The notes under the pieces were generated by a model. The model did not search any database, was not told where the DNA came from, and saw only the letters and a list, made by a program, of their open reading frames with translations. 64,000 nucleotides of DNA from Chloroflexota bacterium (GTDB taxonomy: Bacteria; Chloroflexota; Limnocylindria; Limnocylindrales; CSP1-4). Below are positions 25,088-33,383 of this stretch, piece after piece. Position numbers and translations under genes: made by a program. How positions within the stretch are numbered: position 1 is the stretch's first letter; each line of letters opens with the position of its first letter. The stretch spans positions 10,463 to 74,462 of the forward strand of contig PMKN01000030.1 of the NCBI GenBank assembly GCA_003158675.1, read 5' to 3'.

Positions 25088-25804
25088 TCAGCGCAGCCTG
25101 CCCAGCTGCGTCGCGTCCCCGAGGGTGTTGTCCTGCAGCGAGAGCGCTCGAGCGCTCAGCTGGAAGGAACGTTGCTGCGTGATCAGCTCGGTCATCGCCA
25201 TCGACATGTCGGTATTGCTGCGCTCGAGCATGCCCTGCCGGATCTGGCCCGTGGCGGGCGGAAGACTCCCCGGTGCCGCATAGAGTGTCTCTCCCAGACG
25301 GGTGGCGCCGCCTGCGGGCCACGCCACCAGGGCGATCCTCTGGCCGGTCTCGCCGACGGTTCCGTCCTGGGCCACGGTGAAGTCCGCGCCGGACTGGATT
25401 TGGATGTTGTGTCCGGCGACGTCGAGCACCGGGTAGCCCTGCTCCGTGACCAGAGTTCCCGAGGCATCGACCCCGAAGTCGCCGGCGCGGCTGTAGGCGA
25501 TGCCGTTGCCGGATCGGACCACGAAAAGGCCATCGCCTTCGACGGCCAGATCCGTCTTGCTTCCGGTCGACTCCAGCGGGCCCTGGCTGATGTCGAGGCG
25601 GATGTCGGTGGGGATCGTGCCGCTGCCCAGCAGCCCAAGTTCGGGCCCGACGGCGTTCATGACGCTGAGTTCGTAGTCGGTCTGGCTGGTCCTGGACTGC
25701 TTGAAGCCGACGGTGTTCACGTTGGCGATGTTGTCGGCCACCACGGCCTGGCGCGTCATCGCGGCGACCACCCCGGTGAGGGCCGTGTAGAAGCCGCGGA
25801 TCAT
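25088..25804 (-). CDS. Flagellar basal-body rod protein, FlgF/FlgG family
   Basis: 238 aa. N-terminus GFYTALTGVVAAMTRQAVVADNIANVNTVGFKQ and C-terminus LERSNTDMSMAMTELITQQRSFQLSARAL. The start overlaps the fliA stop. Confidence 0.85.
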   Translation of the reverse strand: MIRGFYTALTGVVAAMTRQAVVADNIANVNTVGFKQSRTSQTDYELSVMNAVGPELGLLGSGTIPTDIRLDISQGPLESTGSKTDLAVEGDGLFVVRSGNGIAYSRAGDFGVDASGTLVTEQGYPVLDVAGHNIQIQSGADFTVAQDGTVGETGQRIALVAWPAGGATRLGETLYAAPGSLPPATGQIRQGMLERSNTDMSMAMTELITQQRSFQLSARALSLQDNTLGDATQLGRLR

Positions 25805-26958
25805 GAGCGCACCCTCCGCCGACCCAACCTGGCAGCTATGTCGGGATCAACCAGCCGCGAGCGCAGAGCGAGGATCGCCTCGGTGTGGATCTGGCAGACG
25901 CGCGACTCGGTCACGCCCAGGACCTGACCGATCTCCTTGAACGTCATTTCGTCCTGGTAGTACAGAGCGATGACCATCTTGGGCCGCTGGGGCAACCTTC
26001 CAATCTCGTGTACCAGCGAGGCGATCGCGTCTCTGCGCGCCACTTCGTCCGCGGGATCGACTGCATTGGGGTCTGGAGCCGTGTCGGCCAGAACCGCGGA
26101 TTCGTCGTCACTGTCGCGGGCATCGTGTTCGTCGAGCGACACGGTGACGACCGAGGCCGCCTGGAGTCGCTCGCGGTACCGCGCCAGCGGCATGTTCAGG
26201 CGGCCCGCGATCTCGGTCTCCGTCGGAGTTCGACCCAGTTCGTGTTGGAGGTCGCGGATAGCGCCCTGGATTGCGCGGGCGGCTTCCCGGCCTGCGCGCC
26301 CGACAGAGTCGAGCGAGCGCACGGCGTCGAGAATCGCGCCCCTGATGCGCAGGATCGCGTATGACTCGAAGGAGGCGGCCGCATCCGGCCGATAGGCGTC
26401 GATCGCTCGCAGCAAACCCACTACGCCGGCCTGCATGGCGTCCTCGTGATCGAACAGGCCAGGTACGGAAACGCCCAGGCGCCCGACCACGTACTTGACC
26501 AGGTGGGCGTAGCGCTTGACCAACTCGTCGCGGCTCAAACCCGTGCCGGCCGCAGGCACATGACCGTACGCCTCGTAACCGCTCAGATCCGGCGAGTCGT
26601 CGGCGGCCGCCGGGCCACCCCCGGGCTCACCCTGCAGAGCGTCGTCGGTGCCCGTAGCCGGCTCTGCGGATCGGTCGTCGCGCCGCTCGTCGGCCCCCTC
26701 GCCGTGGCCGCCGCCGTGTCCAGCGTCGGGCCAATCCGAACGGCCGAACAGCTCGTCCGGCGGCGCGTCCGGGAGACCACCCGAGACGGTCGCAGTATGG
26801 CCGCCCAATATGCCGGGCTGCTGTTTGACCCTGGCCGAGTCGACGACCGCGTCAAGACGCGCCGGCGACGCGAGAAGCCCGGCCGTCGGCCGCGCCAGGA
26901 TGGAGCCGGAGATGCCGGCAGTTGCGTACCGAGGCGGGAGCGGTTGTCTGTTCAGCAT
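25801..26958 (-). CDS. fliA: Flagellar sigma factor FliA/SigD/WhiG (sigma-28) with ~140-aa N-terminal extension
   Basis: The C-terminal ~245 aa are a complete group-3 sigma: region 2 DAMQAGVVGLLRAIDAYRP..FESYAILRIRGAILD, region 3, region 4 VIALYYQDEMTFKEIGQVLGVTESRVCQIHTEA. ATG 26958 has SD GAAGGG, 18 nt after the upstream ORF. An alternative internal GTG lies at 26559. Confidence 0.9.
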   Translation of the reverse strand: MLNRQPLPPRYATAGISGSILARPTAGLLASPARLDAVVDSARVKQQPGILGGHTATVSGGLPDAPPDELFGRSDWPDAGHGGGHGEGADERRDDRSAEPATGTDDALQGEPGGGPAAADDSPDLSGYEAYGHVPAAGTGLSRDELVKRYAHLVKYVVGRLGVSVPGLFDHEDAMQAGVVGLLRAIDAYRPDAAASFESYAILRIRGAILDAVRSLDSVGRAGREAARAIQGAIRDLQHELGRTPTETEIAGRLNMPLARYRERLQAASVVTVSLDEHDARDSDDESAVLADTAPDPNAVDPADEVARRDAIASLVHEIGRLPQRPKMVIALYYQDEMTFKEIGQVLGVTESRVCQIHTEAILALRSRLVDPDIAARLGRRRVRS

Positions 26959-26976
26959 TTCAAGCCCTTCTCAGCC

Positions 26977-27288
26977 TCACGCACTGCGACTGACGGTGGA
27001 CGGTGTCCGCTTGCCCGAGCTGTCGCCGGCGGCTGCGCTCGGCTTGCCGGACCGGGCGGCTTTCGCACGACGAGCGTCGCGCATCTTGCGCATTCGCATA
27101 AGTCGCCGTTCGGGGGGCTCCAAAAAGCCCACCAACCAGCGGCCTGCAAAGGTGAATAGGACGGCAGCGGCGATACCCCTGTCGACTGAATCGACCACGG
27201 GCGCCCCCGCCGACATGGAGGCGCCGCCCACGGCCAGCGCCGCGACGACGGCGACCCGGAGTGTCCAGGTCGCAACGAGCAGTTCCAT
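26977..27288 (-). CDS. Hypothetical small membrane protein (two TM segments plus basic tail)
   Basis: 103 aa. ATG lies 4 nt after the flhA stop. LRVAVVAALAVGG and AAAVLFTFAGRWLVGF are hydrophobic, followed by an RRLMRMRKMRDARRAKAARSGK tail. No family recognised. Confidence 0.5.
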   Translation of the reverse strand: MELLVATWTLRVAVVAALAVGGASMSAGAPVVDSVDRGIAAAVLFTFAGRWLVGFLEPPERRLMRMRKMRDARRAKAARSGKPSAAAGDSSGKRTPSTVSRSA

Positions 27289-27291
27289 CTG

Positions 27292-29370
27292 TCAGACCTC
27301 CACCTGGGCGTGGACCTGGACCGAGATGCTGGGCAGGATTTCCTCGTACGAGAGAACGGCGAGCTGCGGCATGTGGCGCTCCGTCAGGTTGCGCAGCGCC
27401 AGCCGGATTCGGGTCGTACACAGCAGGACCGGCTGGTAGCGCTGCAGAGCCAGTTGCCGGAGCCCACGGTCGATCGATTCGACCAGGGCTCGGCTGTCCG
27501 GGCCGGAGAGCTCGAGCCCGACATAGCCGGGCTGGACCATGACCGAGGCCCCGAGCCGGGTGTCCAGTTCGGGGGCCAGAGCGATGGCGTGAACGGCCCC
27601 GTCGGGCGCCCGGTAGCGCATCGAGATGGCGCGCGCCAGGGCGTGCCGAACGGCCTCGGTCAGGAAGAGCGGCTCCTTGGTCGAGCGGGATCCATCCGCG
27701 ACCGCCTCAAGGATGGTGGCCAGGTCGCGAATCGGGATCCGCTCGCGCAGCAGCCCCTGGAGAACCTTCTCGACGTCGCCTACGGCAACCAGGTTCGGGA
27801 TGATCTCTTCTACCAGTCCGGGCTGGTCGTGCTTGAGCCCGTCTAGCAGCTGGTTGGTCTCGGGCCGGCCCAGAATCTCGTGAGCGTGCCGGCGAGTCGT
27901 CTCGGCCAGGTGTGTGGCCAGCACCGAGGCCGCGTCCACGACCGTGTAGCCAAGGCTTTCGGCGCGCTCCCGTTCGGCGACGCTGATCCATGACGCAGGC
28001 AGGCCGAAGACGGGCTCCGTGGCCGGGATGCCACTGACGGCGATCTCGCCGCCGTTGGGATCCATGCACAGCATCTTGGTCGGGTCGACCGAGCCGCGGG
28101 CAATCTCCGAGCCGCGCAGTCTGATGACGTATGAGTTCTGATCGAGGACCAGATCGTCGCGGATGCGAACGGTCGGCACGATCAGGCCCATCTCGCCCGC
28201 TATCTGGCGCCGAATCAAGCCGATCCTCTCGACGAGTCCACCGCTCGAGCCGCCCTCTACCAGACCGACCAGGCCATAGCCGACCTCGAGCTCCATGGTC
28301 TCGACCCTGAGCGCGTCGAGCGGGCTCTCCTGACCGCTGCCCAGGGCTGGGAGTGGCAGCGTCGCCACGGACGCGGCCTCTCTGGCGGCAACGGCGGTGG
28401 CCGTCGCGGACTGGGAGAGCCACCACCCCACCCCACCCACCAGGGCGCCGCCGGCGCAGAACACCAAGGTCGGAAAGCCCGGCACCAGGCCGATGACGAT
28501 CAGCATGCCACCGACCACCATGAACAGGCGGGGCCGGCTCAGGAGCTGGGTTCCCAGATCGCTGCCGAGCCCGGCCTCAGAGCCGCTGCGGGTGACCAGA
28601 ACACCGGTCGCGACCGAGACCAGCAGAGCGCTGATCTCGTTGACGAGGCCGTCGCCGACGGTCAGGACCGTGTACGTCGTGAGCGCCAGGCCGATGTCGA
28701 AGCCCTTCTGCATGACTCCGACCGTGAGGCCGCCGACGATGTTCACCACGATGATGACCAGGGCCGCGACCGCGTCGCCCTTGACGAACTTCGAAGCGCC
28801 GTCCATCGCGCCGTAGAAGTCCGACTCGCGCTCGATGGCATGGCGGCGGTGGCGGGCTTCGTCGGGTGTTATCAGGCCGGCATTGAGGTCGGCGTCGATG
28901 CTCATCTGCTTGCCGGGCATGGCATCGAGGGTGAAACGAGCGGCGACCTCGCTGACCCGGCCGGCGCCGTTGGTGATCACCACGTACTGGATCACGACCA
29001 GGATCAGGAAGACCACTATCCCAACGACGGTGTTGCCGCCCACGACGACCTTGCCGAACGAGCTGATGACCTCGCCGGCATGGGCGTTGAGCAGGATCAG
29101 GCGCGCGGCGGAGACGTTCAGTCCCAGCCGGAAAAGAGTGGCGATCAGAAGCAGCGGCGGGAAGGAGCTGAACTCCAGGGGCTCGCGGATGTTGAGCGCG
29201 ACCAGCAGGATCGTCAGCGAGAAGGTCATGTTGAGGACGATGAGAATGTCCAGCAGCGTCGGCGGCAGCGGGACGATCATCATGCCCACGATGCCCACGA
29301 CGGCGGCCGCGAGGAACATATCGCTGCGGCCCAGGACGCTGACAGGCGCCGGAGTAGTCTGGGTCGTCAT
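27292..29370 (-). CDS. flhA: Flagellar export apparatus protein FlhA
   Basis: 692 aa with FPPLLLIATLFRLGLNVSAARLIL, FTLDAMPGKQMSIDADL and a conserved cytoplasmic domain. The start overlaps the flhB stop. Confidence 0.95.
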   Translation of the reverse strand: MTTQTTPAPVSVLGRSDMFLAAAVVGIVGMMIVPLPPTLLDILIVLNMTFSLTILLVALNIREPLEFSSFPPLLLIATLFRLGLNVSAARLILLNAHAGEVISSFGKVVVGGNTVVGIVVFLILVVIQYVVITNGAGRVSEVAARFTLDAMPGKQMSIDADLNAGLITPDEARHRRHAIERESDFYGAMDGASKFVKGDAVAALVIIVVNIVGGLTVGVMQKGFDIGLALTTYTVLTVGDGLVNEISALLVSVATGVLVTRSGSEAGLGSDLGTQLLSRPRLFMVVGGMLIVIGLVPGFPTLVFCAGGALVGGVGWWLSQSATATAVAAREAASVATLPLPALGSGQESPLDALRVETMELEVGYGLVGLVEGGSSGGLVERIGLIRRQIAGEMGLIVPTVRIRDDLVLDQNSYVIRLRGSEIARGSVDPTKMLCMDPNGGEIAVSGIPATEPVFGLPASWISVAERERAESLGYTVVDAASVLATHLAETTRRHAHEILGRPETNQLLDGLKHDQPGLVEEIIPNLVAVGDVEKVLQGLLRERIPIRDLATILEAVADGSRSTKEPLFLTEAVRHALARAISMRYRAPDGAVHAIALAPELDTRLGASVMVQPGYVGLELSGPDSRALVESIDRGLRQLALQRYQPVLLCTTRIRLALRNLTERHMPQLAVLSYEEILPSISVQVHAQVEV

Positions 29371-30812
29371 CGGTCTTGCTCCTCATAGGAATCGATCGAT
29401 TGGTCGGCCTCCCGGCCGGTCGGACCGGCCCCGCCGTCTGTGCCGTTCGCGTCGGCGTCGTACTGGGCAAGCTCTTCGGGCGTCACGTCGGCCAGCGGGT
29501 CGTCGGCCATGGCCCGAGCCAGAGCCTCCTCGTCCGGCTCCGCGACGATGGCGTCGCCGGCCTCCGGACCCACCGGCGTCGCGGCCCCCGGCCCTCCCTC
29601 GACGAGCTGCCCGAGGCGCTCCGCCGTTTCCTCAGGAGCGACGGGCTGGCCCACGGAGGAGGCCGCATCGGCCCACCAGGCCTGGCCGGCGAATCTTGCG
29701 GCGGCCGGCCACGTCTGGCCGGCCGGCCAGCCTCGCGTAGCGTTGCCCGCCTCACGCCCCCGTCCGGTCATAGCAAAGCGGGTCTGGTGCACCAGAACCA
29801 GCAGCCGGGCGACGACGCGATACAGATGGGCCGGAATCTCGGCCCCGAGCGGCCGCGAGAACAGAGCGCGGGCAAGGGGCTTGTCCTCGACGATCGGCAC
29901 TTTGTGGTCGCGAGCGATCTGCTTGATGCGCTCGGCCATCAGCCGCTGGCCCTTCGCGACGATCTTGGGGGCTCGCATCGTCAGCGAGTCGTACTTGAGC
30001 GCGACGGCCAGGGTCGTGGGGTTGGTGACGACGACGTCTGCCGTCGGGATTGCGTCCATCATTCGGGCGAAGGCCATCTGGCGCGCCCGGCGGCGGCGTG
30101 CTCCGCGGATCTGCGGGTCGCCCTCCTGGTCCTTGTACTCCCGCTTGACCTCCTCCTTGGTCATCCGGATCGATTCCATGGCCCGGCGGCGCTGCACCAC
30201 GAAATCGATCAAGGCCACGACCGCGAGCAGAATCGTGATCGTCAGGCCGAGTTGGAAGACCGCGCTCAGGCAGCTGCCGGCGATGGTGCCGACCTCCGCT
30301 CCCTCAGTTCCGACGATCGACGGGACGCGGCTGCCGACGACCTGCCAGGAGACGAACCCCAGGATGGTCAGCTTTGCAGCGGCGAGGCCGAGCCTCACGG
30401 CCGCCTGCTTGTCCGCGATCCGTCGCAGCCCCGTGATCGGATTCAGGCGGCTCGGATCGAAGCGGACGGCACGGTAGGAGAAGACGAGACCGCCCGAAAC
30501 CAGGTTGCCCGCGACGCCAGCCACCATCACCAGCAAGGCCAGCGGCAGAACCAGGATCAGCACGGCCAGCACTGCGCCCCCGGTTTCGCCCAGCAGCCGG
30601 GCCTCGCTGGCGCGTGGGTCCATCGTCAGGATCGCGGCCTGCATGCGCGCCACGAGCGAACTGGCCATTCCGGGCAGGAGGCTCGAGAGGGCCAGGGTCC
30701 CAACGCCCAGCGTCAGGCCCATGGAGAACTCCCAGCTTCGACCGACGCCCTGGCCTTTGGCGCGAGCCTCTTCGCGCCGGTGGGGAGTGGGTGCTTCGGT
30801 CTTCTCAGCCAT
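29367..30812 (-). CDS. flhB: Flagellar export switch protein FlhB with long acidic C-terminal extension
   Basis: 481 aa. N-terminus MAEKTEAPTPHRREEARAKGQ, four TM segments, MTKEEVKREYKDQEGDPQIRG and an autocleavage-region motif that reads NPTT. About 135 extra residues follow the conserved core. Confidence 0.9.
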   Translation of the reverse strand: MAEKTEAPTPHRREEARAKGQGVGRSWEFSMGLTLGVGTLALSSLLPGMASSLVARMQAAILTMDPRASEARLLGETGGAVLAVLILVLPLALLVMVAGVAGNLVSGGLVFSYRAVRFDPSRLNPITGLRRIADKQAAVRLGLAAAKLTILGFVSWQVVGSRVPSIVGTEGAEVGTIAGSCLSAVFQLGLTITILLAVVALIDFVVQRRRAMESIRMTKEEVKREYKDQEGDPQIRGARRRRARQMAFARMMDAIPTADVVVTNPTTLAVALKYDSLTMRAPKIVAKGQRLMAERIKQIARDHKVPIVEDKPLARALFSRPLGAEIPAHLYRVVARLLVLVHQTRFAMTGRGREAGNATRGWPAGQTWPAAARFAGQAWWADAASSVGQPVAPEETAERLGQLVEGGPGAATPVGPEAGDAIVAEPDEEALARAMADDPLADVTPEELAQYDADANGTDGGAGPTGREADQSIDSYEEQDR

Positions 30813-30821
30813 GGCCCGGCC

Positions 30822-31577
30822 CTACGTGGTCACTGCGCCGCCGGAGGCGGCCTGAAAGACGAAGCGGTAGATCGCCTGGGCGCCGGAGATCATGGCCGGC
30901 ATGGCCATGGCCAGAACCGCGAAACCGACCAGCATCTTGAGCGGCAGGCCCAGGATGAAGACGTTGATCTGCGGGATGGCGCGAGCGAGCAGGGCGACGG
31001 ACAGCTCGACGAGCAGCAGCACGAGCGCGATCGGCAGGGCGACTCTTACGCCCAACTCGAGGGCAAGGGAGATGGTCTGGGCACCGGTCAGAGCGAGGTC
31101 GACCGGCCAGCCGCCGCCAACCGGGTAGACGGCAAATGAATGGGCCAGCGCCTGGACCACGGCCAGGTGAAGGTTCATGGCCAGGAAGAGCAGGCCCGCC
31201 AGGACCGAGAAGAACGGGTCGATCGCAGTCGAACCCTCTTCCTGAGTGGGACTGAACACGGAGCCGAGTGAGAGCCCCAGCTGAATCGAGACGACCCGAC
31301 CGGCCAGCTCGAAGGCCTCAAACCCGAGCGACAGGATGAACCCCAGGGACAGGCCGATGATCAACTCGACCGGGGCCGCCAGCAGGAGTGGCGTGGTTCC
31401 GGCGGAAGCTCCTGCCGGCGTGGCTAGCGCCACTGTCAGTGCCGCCGCAAGGCCGAACTTGACCAGCGCCGGAATCGCGTGATGGCCGAACAGGGGGGCG
31501 GCGATCACCAGCCCGGTGCACCGCATCATCACCAGGAACAGGAGCGCCACCTGACCCCCGCTCAGCTCGACCGTCAT
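30822..31577 (-). CDS. fliR: Flagellar export apparatus protein FliR
   Basis: 251-aa polytopic membrane protein in the fliPQR-flhB order. The start overlaps the fliQ stop. Confidence 0.9.
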   Translation of the reverse strand: MTVELSGGQVALLFLVMMRCTGLVIAAPLFGHHAIPALVKFGLAAALTVALATPAGASAGTTPLLLAAPVELIIGLSLGFILSLGFEAFELAGRVVSIQLGLSLGSVFSPTQEEGSTAIDPFFSVLAGLLFLAMNLHLAVVQALAHSFAVYPVGGGWPVDLALTGAQTISLALELGVRVALPIALVLLLVELSVALLARAIPQINVFILGLPLKMLVGFAVLAMAMPAMISGAQAIYRFVFQAASGGAVTT

Positions 31578-31843
31578 CGGTTGGCCTCCGCGGCGACCTG
31601 GAAGACGTACCGGGTGAACTCCATCAGCTGGCTGATCATGCTGGGACCGAGAAGGACCAGGATCAGCGCGACTACGACCAGCTTGGGCACGAAAGTAAGC
31701 GTCGCCTCGTTGATCTGGGTGGCGGCCTGCACGACCGAGATCGCCAGCCCCACCACCAGCGAGACGACGATGATGGGACCGCCGACCATGAGGGTCGTCC
31801 AGAGCGCCCTCTGCATGACGGTCCCAACGTCAGCTACGGTCAT
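31574..31843 (-). CDS. fliQ: Flagellar export apparatus protein FliQ
   Basis: 89 aa, two TM segments, with VVQAATQINEATLTFVPKL as the FliQ signature. Confidence 0.9.
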   Translation of the reverse strand: MTVADVGTVMQRALWTTLMVGGPIIVVSLVVGLAISVVQAATQINEATLTFVPKLVVVALILVLLGPSMISQLMEFTRYVFQVAAEANR

Positions 31844-31852
31844 CGATTCGCC

Positions 31853-32617
31853 CTACCCGAAGCTATGGGCTAGGGATTGGACGACGAGCACCCAGCCGTC
31901 GACCAGGACGAAGAGGAGCAGCTTGAAGGGCAGGGCAATCTGGGTCGGCGAAACCATCACCATGCCCATCGACATCAGCGCCGAGGCCACGACCAGGTCG
32001 ATGATCAGGAACGGGATGTAGAGCAGGAATCCCATGGTGAAAGCGGTCTTGAGTTCGCTGACCACGAAGGCCGGGAGGAGAACCTCGAGCGAGACGTCGT
32101 CGGCGGTCGCGGGCCGCGGCTCCTTTGACATGTCGATGAAGACCTGCAGGTCCTCAGCCCGGGTCTGGCGGAGCATGAACTCCCGGAATGGCTGGATCCC
32201 TTTGTCGATGGCCTCGTCCTGGGTGATCGTGTTGTTCAGGTACGGCTGCAACGCCTCGCTGTTCGCCTCGGCGAAGACGGGCCCCATGACAAAGAGAGTC
32301 AAGAAGAGCGCGAGCCCCGTGAGGACCTGATTGGGCGGCAGGTTCGGGATACCGATCGCACTTCGCAAGAGCGACAGGACGACCACGATCCGCGTGAAGC
32401 TCGTCGCGAGCATTAGGATCGCCGGCACGAGGGACAAGACCGTTACCGCCACCAGGAGCTCGAGCGAGACGGCGAACTGGCCATTCCCGCTGGAGGCCTG
32501 ACCGTCGCCGATCTTGACCGCAATGTCGGATGAGCCGGTCGAACTGCAGCCGGCGACGAGCAGCGCAGCCAGCCCCAGCAGCAGAATCGGACGGAGCCGG
32601 CGAATCCGTCGGGTCAT
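31853..32617 (-). CDS. fliP: Flagellar export apparatus protein FliP
   Basis: Trimmed to ATG 32617 (MTRRIRRLRPILLLGLAALLVAGC...). It contains TSFTRIVVVLSLLRSAIG, PNQVLTGLALFLTLFVM and GFLLYIPFLIIDLVVAS. ATGA overlap with the fliO stop. Confidence 0.9.
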   Translation of the reverse strand: MTRRIRRLRPILLLGLAALLVAGCSSTGSSDIAVKIGDGQASSGNGQFAVSLELLVAVTVLSLVPAILMLATSFTRIVVVLSLLRSAIGIPNLPPNQVLTGLALFLTLFVMGPVFAEANSEALQPYLNNTITQDEAIDKGIQPFREFMLRQTRAEDLQVFIDMSKEPRPATADDVSLEVLLPAFVVSELKTAFTMGFLLYIPFLIIDLVVASALMSMGMVMVSPTQIALPFKLLLFVLVDGWVLVVQSLAHSFG

Positions 32618-33381
32618 CGACCGCGCCCTCCGCCGATGAAGCCGGCCAGCCGGTCGGTCAAGCCGTCTATCGGCGCCATGACCGAGTTGAGGGTCGCGGC
32701 AAATGCCGGACTCGGCTGGCCGGAACGGGAGGGTCGTGGGCCGGCCGGCCGAGGATCGCCGACCGCAGCCGATTCGACCTCGGCAGGATTGCGGTCGAGC
32801 TGAGTATTCTCGATCTCGGAGGCATCCAACTCGGCCAGGGCCACCATGCCGCCGGGCGTCAGGCCGACGATCAAACGGCGGTCGCCGACGGCCACCAGGT
32901 GCAGCGATGCCTTGGGTGCGAGCGTCCGCGACTCGAGTACGTTCAGGCGGCTGCCTCGCGCGGGGCCGGCGGCCTGGAGGCGGCTGAGCACCCGGAGCGT
33001 GACGAACAACAGGATCAGGACAAGCCCGCCCTTCGTGACGAGATCGAGGATGTCCAGTCCGCCGGCGCCGGACCATGCGGCGCCGACCTGCGAGGCGGCC
33101 GCCGCCGACGCGGGGACGGGCGACGGGCGGGATCCGGCTCCGCCGGCCACGGGAGCCGCGCTCAGCGCGCCGACGCCTGTGACCGCCGCGAGCACCGCGA
33201 CCACTCCCACAACGGCCAGGCGGGTGGGAGAAACCCGGCGCCGTACTGCGCCGAAGAGGGCCGCCCCGCCAGCGGTCAGGCGGCCTACGTTCCGCTCCCC
33301 AGCCTCGGGCTGCGCTACGAGCAGGCTGCCGCGCAGCTCAGCCCCGCGGTGCGAGGCGGACTGGTGGCGGGCGACCGGCAT
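32614..33381 (-). CDS. fliO: FliO-like flagellar export protein
   Basis: 255 aa. TM segment GGLVLILLFVTLRVLSRL followed by LNVLESRTLAPKASLHLVAVGDRRLIVGLTPGGMVALAEL, which is the FliO core. ATG lies 2 nt after the fliN stop. The N-terminal ~110 aa are atypically long and the start is uncertain. Confidence 0.6.
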   Translation of the reverse strand: MPVARHQSASHRGAELRGSLLVAQPEAGERNVGRLTAGGAALFGAVRRRVSPTRLAVVGVVAVLAAVTGVGALSAAPVAGGAGSRPSPVPASAAAASQVGAAWSGAGGLDILDLVTKGGLVLILLFVTLRVLSRLQAAGPARGSRLNVLESRTLAPKASLHLVAVGDRRLIVGLTPGGMVALAELDASEIENTQLDRNPAEVESAAVGDPRPAGPRPSRSGQPSPAFAATLNSVMAPIDGLTDRLAGFIGGGRGR

Positions 33382-33383
33382 CG

